Made by a program: the position numbers and the translations under genes | NCBI RefSeq assembly: GCF_001194135.2 | Contig: NC_068981.1 | Coordinates: forward strand, 141,624,736 to 141,688,403 | DNA: 63,668 nt | Source of the DNA: Octopus bimaculoides | Lineage: Eukaryota | Reading direction: 5' to 3' | Notes under the pieces: generated by a model | Seen by the model: the letters and a program-made list of their open reading frames with translations, nothing else | Databases searched by the model: none | What the model was told of the DNA's origin: nothing | Part shown: positions 36,911 through 52,030 of the stretch, piece after piece | Layout of the letters: the number at the start of each line of letters is the position of its first letter | Numbering within the stretch: the first letter of the stretch is position 1

Positions 36911-38959
36911 TATTTAGAGATAAATGTTTTAACTAACCCTGCGTTAAATAATTTGAAACTAATTTAACTATTGTTTCTTGATTCAGGAAGTATCTCTGAA
37001 TAATAACAAGCAGCCTTAGAATTCTGCATTATTTAGTAGTTTTTGTTACCAAATATAAAGTTGTACATCATGTAATTATGACACTTCTGACTGGTCGTAA
37101 ATTTCGTCTATTAAACAACACCTTCCTTCTAATGAAGCTGCATTTTTTCGTGATTATACAGAAGATAGATAAATGACAAATCAATAATAAACTGTAGTTC
37201 ATAAATTTCAAATAATATATCTCAGAGTGATTTTAAGAATTCGACAGAATACACGTCATTGAGAAAAGGACGCAGAATATTTTGAATGTTTATAATTATA
37301 GGAGATTTTAAAGTAACTGGAGAACGATGTTGTTGTTGGTGTCAGCTCTACACAAGTTGACCAATAATAAATGATTTCCAGTTATGACCATCTACATTAT
37401 TCAGCCTACATTATTCAGTGTACCATTCCATTTGTAAGATAAAATATAGTTTGATCTAAATTTCACTCCCCATTTCTAGCATCACTACAAGGTAGAGAAA
37501 GTTGGATAAATGGAAAATAGATGTCCGTATTTTAATTATGGCATTAAATGTTTCAACGATGGAACGTATTTCAGGGCTTTGCTTTTGTTATTTGAAAGGC
37601 TAGAAGTGGTTCATATACCACCACTGTATAATTATCGTGTAGTTCCATTATGTAGTGCATTTTATATTTTTAATATATAATAATCTATTAACAGAGACAG
37701 CATTTCAAGAGAAGCGGTAAAATGTTGGATGGAATTCCGACTCTCTGCTATCTGAGTCTGAATACAATGAGAAAGACTTCGTCATTCGTTCTCGAATGAA
37801 GATAAAGAAAATTATATGTCCAACTTCATAGAGAAACGAAATTGTAAGAGCATCTGATAGGATGCCTTCTGGTCTCTGTTCCGACTCTGTTGAATTCTGG
37901 TTCCAAATCCTGCCTCTTGAATGGAAAATGGTAACATTTCTGTCAGAATTGGTACAGACAGATAGCTGGATAAATTAGAAAAGCCAGTGGAAACATTTTC
38001 CTTAGTTGAATCGGAAGATTGGCTGCCACGATTACATATATTAGCAGTCATCTCTCACTGGGGATTAATTGATAACAATGCAAATGACTGTTGTCTTCTC
38101 GACAAAAGAATACAAAACATTAATTTCTTCCTAGACAGGTAGAAATTTTAATTATTGCCTATTTCCTTAATAAATTCTATTTGACTAACACGTAATGATC
38201 AATGATTTAGTCTAAATTATTCAAATGATAATGCGATATTTTATTTTGTTATTTATATCATTTTGTTTCTGTTTAAAATGGTTTTAATCTCTCTTATAAA
38301 CAACAATGTATATAGCAACAGAAATAACATATCCACTAAGTGTTTCTTTCCAATGAAAGCAAAAAAAAAAAAAAGAGAAATGCAAATGGGAAGCGAAATA
38401 AAGTTAACAAGAAGCTAGCACATTACGTAATACATATATATGTACACTTACACATACGCATAATCGAACACACATATAAGCAAACACACACAGAAAACAA
38501 GCACAGGTACACACGCACACACACATACATCAAACTTTGTTGGTTAAGAGTATATTGATTATATTCGATTACTTGCCGAAACGACTTTTTATAAAAGTCA
38601 TATATATTTGTCTATTTAAGATTATGTATAGAGACGACTGTATTCCTTGTAATAATGTGCTATATTTTCCTCAACAATTCGGAGAACAACGCGGGAATAG
38701 AAGCAGTTGCAATAATGACTTTCTCTTGTTAACTCTTACAAATAAATATTTCTCCTTGATGATATACGCTATGACATCTTAAATTTAAAACACAGCATTA
38801 AAGTGACGTTCATTTGTTCTTATAATATCCCTGCCACTGTAACAATAACGTAGTCAGCTGTCATGATTGTATGAGTTGGGAGATTTTTTTCCTTGCATTG
38901 CTTATCATTTGATGCATGAATTTTGTTACAAGAAGACATAAACACTTTCTCCCACACCC

Positions 38960-39090
38960 TTCATCATGTTTTGGATGTCACAGCTGCATGAAGGGGGAGG
39001 AATTCATTGGAAGACTGTAACAACGTGAAATTATCTACATTGCTCAAAGACAGAATGTGGTTGCTGGTCCAGAAATTGAACAACCTCACC
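38960..39090 (-). mobile_element. Degenerate SINE family B fragment
   Basis: GTAACAACGTGAAATTATCTACATTGCTCAAAGACAGAATG...GGTCCAGAAATTGAAC resembles the reverse complement of the family B core. Confidence 0.4.
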
Positions 39091-39177
39091 TCTAGGTGAT
39101 GTGCATTCACATAACGTTTTCCATATGCGTGTTTATATGTATGTGTAAATATATAATATGTGTGTGTATCTTTAGCT

Positions 39178-39207
39178 AGACAGACAGACAGACAGACAGA
39201 TAGATAT

Positions 39208-39240
<33 letters not shown>

Positions 39241-39241
39241 C

Positions 39242-39294
<53 letters not shown>

Positions 39295-39295
39295 T

Positions 39296-39348
<53 letters not shown>

Positions 39349-39350
39349 CA
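39178..39350. repeat. (TAGA)n/(CAGA)n tetranucleotide microsatellite
   Basis: Directly visible array of about 170 bp. Similar arrays occur at 61190-61240 and 62030-62135. Confidence 0.95.
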
Positions 39351-41622
39351 GATTGCTTCTTTATTGTGACCGACTATTCACCATCATACTTTTGTTCTAT
39401 AATCTAGTGAGTGGTACTTGTCACTCTTCTGATTTTAAGAACGTTCCAAGAAATTAACAGTGACTTCTGATGCTGTTTCTATTTCTTCGCATCTGATGCT
39501 AAAGATAATAAACAATATCCGGTTTATCGAGCAGTATAATGTAACTTTCCTTTTTTGCTTTGAAAATCCAGATGTCCGCTCTCGATGTAATGTCTCTCGT
39601 CTGATATAACGTCGGGGTTTCATAAATTTGTTAGAGTAGTGAAAATTCTTTAGAATATTTAAAAACTTCTTTTTCTGTTTATAGTTGTGAATATGTGTGT
39701 AACAGCATTATGAGAAAAATCGCCATCTTTTGCGTAAATTGTCATGAATATGTGATGTGATTCCATTTCAAGCACCATATCAGCCCAGATTCAGCAGAAC
39801 TAAGATTCCACGTGTAAACAGGACTGCATTGTGAAATGTATCATTTTAGAAAGTTTGAAAAGTGAAATGTGTATGACATGACTGGTATTTCTATTAGGTT
39901 GAACCACCTTGAAATTTTATTAGTGCTAAAGAGTTGTTTAGACTTCACATTATGGTGCAACTCACGTCGAAGCTTCTGTGTTAAAACCACAACTGATCCT
40001 TAGATTGTTTGGTCTTTCCATTTCGTTGACTTAAGGTTTCGTTATTTATGTATATTCGCCGTTGCCTTGATTAGAAGGAATTCATTCGAACGTCCGCAGT
40101 TTTCTTACATAATCCATAATAATATTTTAGATCTTTCATGTAAATTTAGTGATGTAAAAAGGGTGTATTTCGAAATTTCAAAAGTTGTTAGAAACATACA
40201 GTTTCAGTGGTATATCAGGTGTTGAAAGCATTTCACTATTTGCACATACAATTTATGGTTAATTCTTTTGGATACAGACCAACTCACCGATACCATTATA
40301 AACTCTAGCTTGGGGCACGGCATTTTGTCATTCTATTATATGTTAAAACTGCTACTATAATCTCTGCTAATAGGAATGCTTTTTTTTCTTCTCGTCTAGA
40401 CGCAAGCCCAAGTGAATTATTTCAAATTCCTTTATTTCTCCCCCTTTTATTTATTATAATTTTTTTTTTGGTTTTTGATTTTGTTCCTATCGTTGAATCG
40501 ATTCTATCACTATGTTAGTCAAATTGACTCTGTATTCCTATTTCTTGATCGACTCAATCATTTAAAATTCCCTCCCCACATGTTTTCCATGCAGAAGAGA
40601 TCTTTAGGTGTCCTGCTGAATCTTTGTATACGTGTTAAGACAAATATTCATTCCTTCTGACTTAATGTTGTCAAACATAATTCGTCATGTACACGATATA
40701 AATAAAGAGGATAATATTGAGCTATAAACAAAGAGGGTAATGGTGAGCTATCAAATGCAAATTGAGGAGCATTCAGCTCAGCTATCTTTTATGACGGTTC
40801 CTTCTTTCAACACTATAACCTCCACTTATGAAAGTTGTGGTAACCAATCTAGCTTTCCTATATCTAATGCAAACTTTACTTTGCTAAAAAACAATATCTG
40901 CATCTTACTCAATATCAAAGAGAATCCACTACTCTAATGATCAAATGTACGATTGTCAGCCACTACTTTAGATAGATTTACTTATTGATCAATAGGAAAA
41001 AAATAACTATTTCTCTATTTTAAACGTAAAATTACTTCGAAACACCCTAAGATATCTTTTACACATTACGCTTTCAAGAGAAATATCCCGCATGTCTGAA
41101 GTCCTTCTGTCTCCAGTTTCTCTACTTATTTATTTTTCGTTTAAAATATATTATTGGACTCTTACTTAGAAGTATATATGCGTATGGTTTCCAACTCATT
41201 CAACATAACAGTATATTTATGAATATTTATATGAAGAAATATTGGTTTTTGTTGGCGACATCGGAATGATATAACATATGTATCAAAAACTTTCTCTTAT
41301 GATACATTATTAATCGTATTCATATGAATTATTTGTTCCTGTTTCTCTTTGACTTGGCGAGCTTTCTTTGTTGATATTAAATAAAAATATATATGTTACA
41401 TATACAGCAGGCATGCACGTGAGGTATATATCTGTTTCTATGTGTGTGAATCTGTGTAACCATATTGCCTGCCAAACATATTAACATGTGCAAGATTAAA
41501 AGCTTAAAAACACCTAAATACGAGCATATATATATATATGTGTATGTGTATGTGTGTGTGTGTGTGTGTGCGTGTGTGTGTGTGTATGTATATGTGTATG
41601 TGTATATATACATATATGTATA

Positions 41623-41659
<37 letters not shown>

Positions 41660-41700
41660 CATGTATATATACATAATATATATACTTATATATATAATAT

Positions 41701-41732
<32 letters not shown>

Positions 41733-42459
41733 NNNNNNNNNNNNNNNNNNNNNNNNNNNNNNNNNNNNNNNNNNNNNNNNNNNNNNNNNNNNNNNNNNNN
41801 NNNNNNNNNNNNNNNNNNNNNNNNNNNNNNNNNNNNNNNNNNNNNNNNNNNNNNNNNNNNNNNNNNNNNNNNNNNNNNNNNNNNNNNNNNNNNNNNNNNN
41901 NNNNNNNNNNNNNNNNNNNNNNNNNNNNNNNNNNNNNNNNNNNNNNNNNNNNNNNNNNNNNNNNNNNNNNNNNNNNNNNNNNNNNNNNNNNNNNNNNNNN
42001 NNNNNNNNNNNNNNNNNNNNNNNNNNNNNNNNNNNNNNNNNNNNNNNNNNNNNNNNNNNNNNNNNNNNNNNNNNNNNNNNNNNNNNNNNNNNNNNNNNNN
42101 NNNNNNNNNNNNNNNNNNNNNNNNNNNNNNNNNNNNNNNNNNNNNNNNNNNNNNNNNNNNNNNNNNNNNNNNNNNNNNNNNNNNNNNNNNNNNNNNNNNN
42201 NNNNNNNNNNNNNNNNNNNNNNNNNNNNNNNNNNNNNNNNNNNNNNNNNNNNNNNNNNNNNNNNNNNNNNNNNNNNNNNNNNNNNNNNNNNNNNNNNNNN
42301 NNNNNNNNNNNNNNNNNNNNNNNNNNNNNNNNNNNNNNNNNNNNNNNNNNNNNNNNNNNNNNNNNNNNNNNNNNNNNNNNNNNNNNNNNNNNNNNNNNNN
42401 NNNNNNNNNNNNNNNNNNNNNNNNNNNNNNNNNNNNNNNNNNNNNNNNNNNNNNNNNNN

Positions 42460-42532
<73 letters not shown>

Positions 42533-44474
42533 ATATATATATACCATATATATGTGTGCGCGTGAGTGCCTGCATGTGTTTGGATATGTACACTATATAT
42601 ATGGAGATAGATAGGGAGATATGTACATACATACATACAGATATTCGTACGCACACAAAAAGCACAAACACAAACACACACGCACACACACAAACACACA
42701 TACATATATATGCATACCTATGCAAGTTTACCTCTATGCTTTCCATGTGTATGTGTTCCTTTGTTCCTTCTTTCTATGTCTCCCTATTTGACGAATCTTG
42801 TTTGCAATATTTCACAAATGAGTGTTGTTTTTTTTTTACTTTTTCTTCATATTCATGTTCTAGCCTAAAACATTTTTTTCCAAACGTGACGCCTACCACA
42901 TTGTGGCATGAGTGTTTTTTAGTATTCAATAAGGACAAATAACAATTGAAAATTGTTATGATAAAATAGGAATAGAGCATATTTTCTATGGGATATTTGA
43001 ATGGTAATTGTTAGATGAGTATATTTACCGTAAAACTTACTTCTGTTTTCCCATGACATAATGTGATATGGATGAATACATTTTTTAATACGTCTCCTTA
43101 AAGCGGAATGTCAAATTGATACGTGTGTTCAAAAAACAGGACCTCCTGAAATTATAGGTAAACCTGTTTGAGAGTCTGAGCGATGAACGACCCTACCTGA
43201 TTTGATCATATGAGATGACGTGAATTTATTACATTTAAAGTATTTAAATAACGTTAAATGATTTGACAGGAAAATCGTTTGCATAAACGAACTGTGTAGC
43301 ACTTGGAAGAATGACAACATGGCTGCAAGACATATAGTTGTTTGGTGATATTACAGCCAAATTCCGACATTTATCCACTTTCAGTGTCGTAGATTGAAGA
43401 ATCATAGGTAAAACTATTGCTTTATGTCGGTACTGTTCTTCAGATCTAGATTGGCCTGTATCCAGCCGACAATTGATCAAAGATTTTTCAGACATCACAG
43501 TTATTCACTTCATTCACACAGACATACTGCATTACTATAAATACATTTTCTTATATTTTCATCCTTTTTAAGGATAGCAGAGAGGGAATTTTGAGATACT
43601 TAGCTTATTCGCCTCGCTGATTGCGCAAGCACGTGTAGAAATTAGTTCGCTTTAACTGTAGGGAGAACTGTTACTGGTACTACATACATTCCAACACTCT
43701 AGTTAAGATTACCGTACTCACAGTTAGCCGACTGCAGTCTACTTAATCCTAATGCATTCTATCAAGCGCTACTACAATATAAACATCGATGATTTAAAAT
43801 AATGTAAAACGCCCGTACACACACCAATATAGAAAACGTATTCAAACAAACGATACCACGAGAAATCTTCCTTAACAACACGGCGGAAAATTTTAATGAC
43901 CGAAAATGATAACAGCTCCGGCTGAAACCGGATATATGTCAGTCCTAATTTGGTCCTACAGTAATGTAACAAAACATCAGAGCGATGAAGAAAACATAAA
44001 TGAAAGCTTGCTTCTGAAGAATTCTTTCATGTTGAAACAATGAAAATCAATAGTGCGATGAAGTCGGTCGTATAAAAGGCTTGTTCAATATTTTTGTTGG
44101 TGTTGTTTTGTTGGTTCATCCATGGAGAAAAGAATTAATGTCGTCGTTCTTATTGATTTATATCACCCTTAAAAACAGATCATTATTATATAGTGGAAAC
44201 TTTCCCAGGATTAATAGGCTTCAGTTTCAAACGGTAGTAAGTGTATACTTGTATCAATGTATATATGTAACTATGTATATAAAAATAATTCAACTTATTC
44301 TATATATATATGTATGTATANNNNNNNNNNATATATATACATATATATATACATATATATACATATATATACATATGTATGCATGTATGTATATATATGT
44401 GTATATATATACATATATATTTATATCTATATGTATATATATATATAAATATATATATATATATGTATATATAT

Positions 44475-44514
<40 letters not shown>

Positions 44515-45069
44515 GTGTGTGTATGTGTGTATGTATGTGAATGCGCATGTATGTTTGTTACAGCTTAGATAGTAATAGATTAGTAAACAACCAGAACTTC
44601 GTATAGCACAACATTTCTAACATCATTCACCACGTTAAACTTTACAATAGCATACAAATGATAAAGCACACAATACCATTCGAAGTGGGTATAATGTTGT
44701 GCAGCAGTCAGCTGCTAGTATTAGAAATTCTATCTATCGATATGAGAAAACTAAAGCCAATGCAGTATATGGCTTAGATTCAATTACAGCTGTTGCGACT
44801 GGCTCTTTCGTAACATGTTCGGTGAATAGTGAACTTTCTTATCGTTTGTTTTATTGCTATTATTTCTTTAATTTTGAATTAAGACCAGTTTCATTTTAGC
44901 AAATTTTATAAACCCTAACCTATCTAGCCAAAAGTATAGTTATAATCTTGTGCATACGCATAACTCAAAATACTGACGTGCAAGAATATTTCTGAGTGCG
45001 GATACAGAATCGGCATTTTGTCTAAAACACATACTTTTACACCAGTTGCAAAATCTTTGTTGTCCAGTG

Positions 45070-47350
45070 GTATTGATCTATGCAGGAAAGGTAGTAGTTA
45101 CTAGAAGATTGGGTATTCCGCAAGGAATGATTAAAAATGAGCAACTTCGGAAAAGGAGATTACAAAATAAAGTGAAGATATTAAGACAAGATCTGAGTAG
45201 AATAGAAGCTTAGAAACTCAACAAATTAGGAAACACAAGATGCAGATCTTCTCTTGAGAAAAGTACTTAGCCAAAGAGAAAGGATTTGGAACAGTCATAG
45301 AAGAGTTAAAATAGCGTATCACAGCAGTAGCAGGTAAGCTCTCCAGGTATCAGAAAATAATAGATCAGTATCAACAGAATAGATTATTTGAGACAAACCA
45401 GACGAGATTTTATAACCACATAACAGTGGAGAACGAAATACTGAAGATGAAAAATGCAATGCAGTAGAAGCTAGAATGTTCTGGAGTCTTATTTAGTATA
45501 AGCCAGTCAATCATAATGAATATGCAGTATGGTTAAAAAAAGTCAGGGAAGAATTAGTGAGTGAGAAGCAGCCTGATCTATCACTAACTTGTGCATTAGT
45601 GAGTAAAGCTTTTGGGAAAATGCCGATTTGGAAGAGCCCAGAGCCAGATTTAGTTCAAGGGTACTGTCGAAAGAAATTTGGTAGTTTACATGGGAGGCTT
45701 ACGGAACAACTCCAGTATTGCCTTAATGGAGGAATAATACCAGATTGAATGACTTGAAAGAAGACAATACTCCTTAAGAAAGATAAAAGCAAGGATAACA
45801 CAGCTAACAATTTAAGACCAATAACTTGCTTACCATTAGTGTAGAAGCTATTAACCGGAATGCTTTCAGAATGTATTTATGAGCACCTTGACAACCAGAA
45901 TTTACTGCCAGAAGAACAGAAGGGTTGCAGGGAGAAGGCTAGAGGAACTCATGATTCATTATACATAGGCAAAGCATTTCTAAAGGAATTAGAGATTAGA
46001 AAGAAAAATCTAACAATAGCATGGGTAGATTATAGGAAAACCTATGACATGGTCACCCACTCATGGATAAGTGAATGTTTCAGTACATTCAGCAAAGCAG
46101 AAAACATAAGAGAATTAATTAGCTTTAGCATGAATAAATGTAAAGTAGATCTCTTCTCAGATGACACAATCTTAAAGTAAGTTAATCTCATTAATATCAA
46201 AAGAGGAATTTCCCGAAAGGACTAGTTATCGTCTTTAACATTTGTCTTTTGTTTGATCCCCCTCAGTTTAGTATTGAGGAAGGCAAACGCAGGGTATCAG
46301 TTCAGAAACAGTAAGGGAAAATTTAACCGTTTGATCTACATGGATGATCTGAAGCTTTTTAGCAATGATGAAAAAGACATAGATTCCATAATACAGATTT
46401 TAAGACTGTTCAGCAGAGGTATAGACATAGGATTTGGCATAGATTACTGAGCATATTAGTCATGAGAACGGGACAGTTAGTCAACAGCGAAGGCATCCAA
46501 CTACCAGATGGCCAGAAATTAAAATCATTGAAAGGAGGTGTGAGTTATAAGTATCTAGGAGTATTGGAATCTGACAGAGTACTAACTGTATAAATGAATA
46601 CGAAAATTCAGAAGGAGTAAACAGAAGTGTGAGGAAGCTACGAACGCCAAAGCTAAATTTTCCGAATCTAGTGAAGGCTGTAAATCTTTGATACTCAGCA
46701 ATGTTTGTAGATTGAACAAAATCTGAATTAACAAAGCTAAACACAAGAACTAGGTTGGAATTCAAAATGAATGGAGGAATCCACCCAGGAGGAGGAGTAA
46801 CAAGATTATATTTACCTAGAAAGGAAGGTAGAAAACGTTTGATATCAATAGAAAACTGTGTGGGGTTAGCTAGGATGGATATAACCTCCTGTGTGGTTAA
46901 TAGTGAAGAAAAACTTTTAAGAGCTGCTACAATGACAGCAAGACATATGGAAAAAAACCCCACAAAATTAAAAACATTTTGAAAAGCCATTTTGAATTTA
47001 AAAGAGTAAAGTGTAAACAAAATTTTTATTTCATCCTGGAAATCGAAGGCATTCATTTATTGAGCAATTGCTCATCGTATTACAAGAACAACCATGAAAA
47101 TCTCATTCTACAACACATGGATAGTTCCTCCTTTGAAGAAAGAAGCAAGAATACGTTTTCAGTGGAGCATGCGTCAGAATAAACATACTGTTACTTAATA
47201 GGTAGATGGGTCTTGGCATTGAGACACGAATGTTTAACTTGTAAATAGTGCCATTCTACATTCTGCAACAAATTCTGATGAAGATTCAGGGTAACCGAGG
47301 AGACTTGTTGACATCAAACCTCATGATAACATCCCTGCTAATTAAATTAG
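45070..47350 (+). mobile_element. R4/Dong-type LINE with decayed RT and internal deletion
   Basis: QYQQNRLFETNQTRFY...NLRPITCLPL...LLPEEQKGCREKARGTHD...AWVDYRKTYDMVTHSWI...LIYMDDLKLF...YKYLG...RLYLPRKEGRKRLISIE. A 3'-end-like segment lies at about 47250-47350. Confidence 0.88.
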
Positions 47351-47839
47351 TCTTCGAACAACGATGCTAATAATGATGTTGATGATGCTGATGATGAGGA
47401 TGATGAGGATGATGATTAATAATTATGAATGATGATCATAATAGTAATATCATCATCATCATCATCATCATCATCATGAAGAAAAGCAACAACAACTATA
47501 ATAGTAACAACCATAACAACAAAAACTATGATAATAACAACAACAACGTTTAATCAACTTGTTAAACCACACTGGAATACATTTAAGCAACATGTTATAT
47601 TTCGGGTTAGAAAAATGTAGCGAGACAACATTGAAAACACGAAAATTAATTAAGAATACTAATATCTTTCTTGATAAAGAAACAAAGATCATAGAAATAG
47701 AGCGAAAGCAGGCTTAGCAATCAATGAACTAGACGGCGCACAGCACACACGAATGAAAGAATAGAATAAAAAGAATATTTAAGCGTTCTAAGAAGAGAAA
47801 CATTTGATGTGTATCAGAATTTCACAAACTATGAATTAT

Positions 47840-48056
47840 AATAAAGCAGAATGATGATTATGATGAAGAGGAGGGGGATGAAGAAAATGATGCTGATTAT
47901 TTTGATGATGATGATGATGATTATGATGATGATGATGGTAAAGATGTGGATCATCATCGTTGTTGTCGTCGTCGTCGTGTTAATCTTAATAACTACAAGC
48001 AGCGGCAACATAAATATCATGACCAACAGCAACAACAACGATGTTGATGATGGTGG

Positions 48057-48112
<56 letters not shown>

Positions 48113-48165
48113 ATGATGATGGTGGTGGTGATGATGATGATGATGATGATGATGATATCATAAAA
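47840..48165. repeat. (GAT)n compound trinucleotide microsatellite
   Basis: Directly visible. It accounts for the poly-Met/poly-Asp ORF. Confidence 0.95.
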
Positions 48166-48523
48166 CGCTGATTAAAATCGGAAAATGTGGTATCAAAAGA
48201 CGGTTACAATACCAGTGATGTAGGAACACTTTGAATTTTCAAAGAAGAAACTAAAAAATTTTTTTGCAGAAATGCAAATTATTATCTTAACTGGTAGGTC
48301 ACACATATTCAAGGGAGCATCGTCGCTGTGAATTTTCCCCTTTATTTTCTTTTTTCTTCATTCCTTTTCCTCTCTGTCTTTCTTATTCTTTTATCTGTCA
48401 CATGACTCTTCATGAACACTTTGGCGTCTTTCTTTTTAACGGCTTACCAACGTATACAGTGCGATTCCTTACGTTGGGTGTCAGAAGACACTCGGAACGA
48501 AATGGAAACAAAATTGAAAAAAG

Positions 48524-48583
<60 letters not shown>

Positions 48584-48802
48584 GACTATAAAAAACGCTT
48601 TTGGTAAGAAATGTCTGGAAATTTATATAGCAGCATCTATTCTGTGAAACTTTTATTCTGTAAGTATGAGATCATGAAGAACCACACTGACTTTGAACAG
48701 TGACATAGAGATGTAAGAACTTCATGTGGCACTTTCCAAGTTGACTCACTACCACCACTTCTCTTTCGTGTAACCTTAATACCTCTCCCGAAATTGCTAG
48801 AT

Positions 48803-50270
48803 GATATACAATATGGCTATAAAATGTTGATATATAATATGGCTATAAAATGTTTGATAAAAATATAAATCATCTCTTGTACATGAATGATTTAAAGCTC
48901 TTTGCGAAAAACCACGAACAAGTACAGGGCTTACTAGCAATTGTTAAAAAATTCAGGGATGATATTATGATGCAATTTGGCCTCGATAAATGTGCAAAAG
49001 CGACTTTTATCAAAGGTAAAATGGTAGAAACATCCAACGTTAATCTTGCCCAACGGAATGTCATAAAGGAGTTAGAACCGAGAGCTACAAATACCTTGGG
49101 GTATTTGAAGGTGATGGAATCAAACATTCAATTATGAGGGCAAGCATCAAAAAAGAATGTTATCTGAGGGTAAAGGCAATACTCAAAACAGAGCTGAATG
49201 CAAGAAACAGGATCGAAGCGATCAATATTTTAACCATACCAGTCATGACTTACAGTTTCAGTATTATTAACGGGTCAATTATTGAAATATGTAATCTTGA
49301 CAGAAGAATATGGAAACTGTTAACAATGCATAGAATTCACCACTCTAAGGCAGATATGGAACAACTTTACCTACCAAGAGAAGATGGTGGCTGTGGGCAT
49401 TTACAGCTGGAATTAACAATGAATATTGCTACAACTGGCCGAAATACCTACATGAAAACTCCTGAAGGTTGAATGTTGAAACTTGTCTTAAAACACGAAA
49501 ACAAGAAAACATCATATTCAGTAAGAAAACAGGCAAAAATATCAAAACAAATTCCAAATACAACAAATCATAGAATTAGACGTACTGGAATTTAGCACAA
49601 AATAAGCTAAGCCTGTGAAAACCCGTGCTAAAACTGCTGCCTTAGATATTCTTACTGATAAATGACAAGAGAACCATCTCAATGGCAAATGCCCAAAGAA
49701 AATGCTAATAACGCCGATTTTGGTTAGCAGCGTCAGATAGAATCGTTTATCATAGTAGCTCAAGATCAATGCCTAACTACAAGGAGCTACCAGGTCAACA
49801 TATTCAAGAACGACAGTAGCCCAACGTATCGTGTATGTAAACAGCAAAATGAAACCAACTCTCATATCTCCATGTGCAGACTTGTTGCCCCTGCAGCGTA
49901 TCTCAACAGGCATGATAGAACAGCACACTATATTCATCGTTTAATTTTCAAAAACGTGAACCTGCCCTGTGATGAAAAACTGGTGGCAACAAATCCAACT
50001 CCAGAGCTTGAAAAGGACTACATCTTGCCCCTCTAGAACTTTACCTTTCAAACTAACAGAAAGATAGATACGAAGAGGCAAGACATTATATTGAAGAACT
50101 CATCGATATGACTGTCCCAAATGTATCTGTCAAGGTCTACAAAAACTGAGCAACTATAAAGATCTTGAAATAGAAGTTGGCAAAAATGTGGAACCTCAAG
50201 ACTAAAACAATATCTGTTGTCATAGGTTCTCTAAGAAAGAAAACAAAAGGGACTGATTGCTAGACGGAAC
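48803..50270 (+). mobile_element. 5'-truncated R4/Dong-type LINE (RT C-half to RLE), decayed
   Basis: YGYKMFDKNINHLLYMNDLKLFAKN...FGLDKCAKATFIKGK...KTELNARNRIEAIN...EQLYLPREDGG...IIVAQDQCLTTRSY...RHDR...YKDLEIEVG..WNLKTKTI.VVIG. Confidence 0.88.
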
Positions 50271-50559
50271 TCATGAGACTTGGTTGGCAGCTCTCTAGGA
50301 TAAGGAACACTGCTTTAAAACTTGGCTAGATAGGAGTCCTTATCCCAATGGTGACAACATGTCAGTGTTCAACGGCTCCATGCTTGGGAGGAAGACGAAT
50401 GGACTGCGAATCGGCACTTAATTCCGGAGCAATATTTGGACGCTCACCTAGGGATAATCATGATCATGGACCACAACACACAGAAATGCAAAGGGGACAG
50501 GACCAACTTATGGCTAGTAAGAGCTCTGCAGTCTTCATTGACAATCCTACTAGAGCTGG

Positions 50560-50790
50560 TGTCTCGTTAAAAATATTGAGCTCTTCTTCATGCAATATCC
50601 CAGAACCCCATATCACGAACAAATGTCCTAGACATTCCCGAAACCACTCCAAGTTGTGGCGACACGATCAGATAGCGAAAATGTTACATTGGAAATGTGC
50701 GAAAAGTAGGGCTAGAGAGAGGCAATCCGTGATATGAGAACAACCGCAGAGAGTGGAGGAGTCGGTGTCTAGCAAAATCCTCAGAGATTT
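50560..50790 (+). mobile_element. Additional R4/Dong-type CCHC/RLE fragment
   Basis: WRHDQIAKMLHWKC...*EQPQRVEESVSSKILRDF matches RHD.VA...HW...YEH.P.RV.E....KILWDF. Confidence 0.6.
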
Positions 50791-50799
50791 CTCAGAATA

Positions 50800-51110
50800 T
50801 GCAATGCGAAGTCGACTGCGGTGAAATTTAAACTCGCTGCATGTGACGAGATGACTCTAATGACGCTAAGTATTTTGTTCATCATGCTAGTAATTCTGCC
50901 AAATCGCAGTCTTCAGAAATCCTTTTTGTTATACGCACAAGGTGTGAAATTTTTAGGAAGGGTTCATCGAACATATTGACCACAGTGCTTGGTGATTAAT
51001 CTATCGCTCTCGTGAGACTGAACGGCAAAGTCGACTTCAGCGTAATACAGACTAGCAGCGTAAAGACGAACGAAATGTTGCTAAGCCATTTTATTCAGCA
51101 CGCGCACTAA
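50800..51110 (-). mobile_element. Two degenerate SINE family A units in tandem
   Basis: AAGTCGACT.CGGTGAAATTTAAACTC and GGCAAAGTCGACTTCAGCG...GTAAAGACGAACGAAATG.TGCTAAG motifs. Confidence 0.5.
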
Positions 51111-51763
51111 GGAAGTAGTAGTTTAGCCATCGCATGTAGTGGAGTTATTGAGAGAAATTTCGGCGGCCATTTTACTTGATTCAAGACCTGTCTCATTTTC
51201 ATTTCTATAATGATGTTATAGAACACGAAAAGGATGAAGTACGACGGGAATCTAAATAAAATGCAATCGCTTATAGATTCGTCAGTACAAACACAAATAA
51301 AGATTTACGAAGCACGCACAATTGTGTTCTGTCCTGGCATGCAAGCCAACGAGTGTATATTTTTTCACTCGCACTTACAAACGCACAGCGCGCGCGTACA
51401 TAAATGCATGCATCAAACAATTTGGGTATCGACAAACACAAGACACTGAAACAAAACAGCATTGCGACGTTGTTAGTGACAGGCTAAAATCCTGAGTAGC
51501 CAATAGCTTAAAAGAAATCCTTACATATGGGATTCATGAATATGTAGTATATAGTGTTAAAATATATGTAAGCAGGTGCTTCGTAACCTACCCTCAGAAA
51601 GGATCGAAGCTGCCATCCAAACATTTCCTCTCAACACGTTCTGTTAGACTCTTCTGTTTTGGCCAAATCAGTAATTTCCTTCATATCTTCTGAGAAGCAC
51701 ATTTGCTGTAGACAGACACATTTGTGGCCTATGAAATCTTTGCCATCTCATCTAATTTTTGTC

Positions 51764-52030
51764 AATTAAATTCCACATCGGTGAAATTTAAACTCTGGGT
51801 GTAAAGACGAACGAAATATCCTTTTCTACTCTAGGCACAAGTCCCAAAAATTTGGGGGAAGGTGGGGCTAGTCGATTAGATCGAACCAGTATGATACTGG
51901 TACTTTATTTATCGACCCTGAAAGGATGAAAGGCCAAGTAGGACTCGCCGGTATTTGAACTCAGAACGTAAAGACAAACGAAATACACTTAGGCATTTCG
52001 CCCGCCGTGCTAACGTTTCTTATTTCTTTA
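51764..52030 (-). mobile_element. SINE family A composite (unit plus start of next unit)
   Basis: Aligns along its length with 54627-54892, including the unit-unit junction. Confidence 0.8.

Noticed and set aside
37740-38060. Moderately GC-richer segment that could be a host exon (also 24340-24460, 14031-14363 and 62690-62956)
   Set aside because: There is no recognisable domain, stops occur in candidate frames, and there is no convincing splice-site pair; RNA-seq or BLASTX would be needed.
41504-42746. Long ORFs (340-410 aa) in the track, and similar ones at 7854-8765, 33564-34217 and 1724-2083
   Set aside because: They run through N gaps and (TA)n/(CA)n repeats and carry no coding signal, apart from the LINE segment at 7892-8100.
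47829-48171. Poly-Met/poly-Asp ORF resembling an acidic protein
   Set aside because: It is a translation of a (GAT)n microsatellite, with no splice or domain support.
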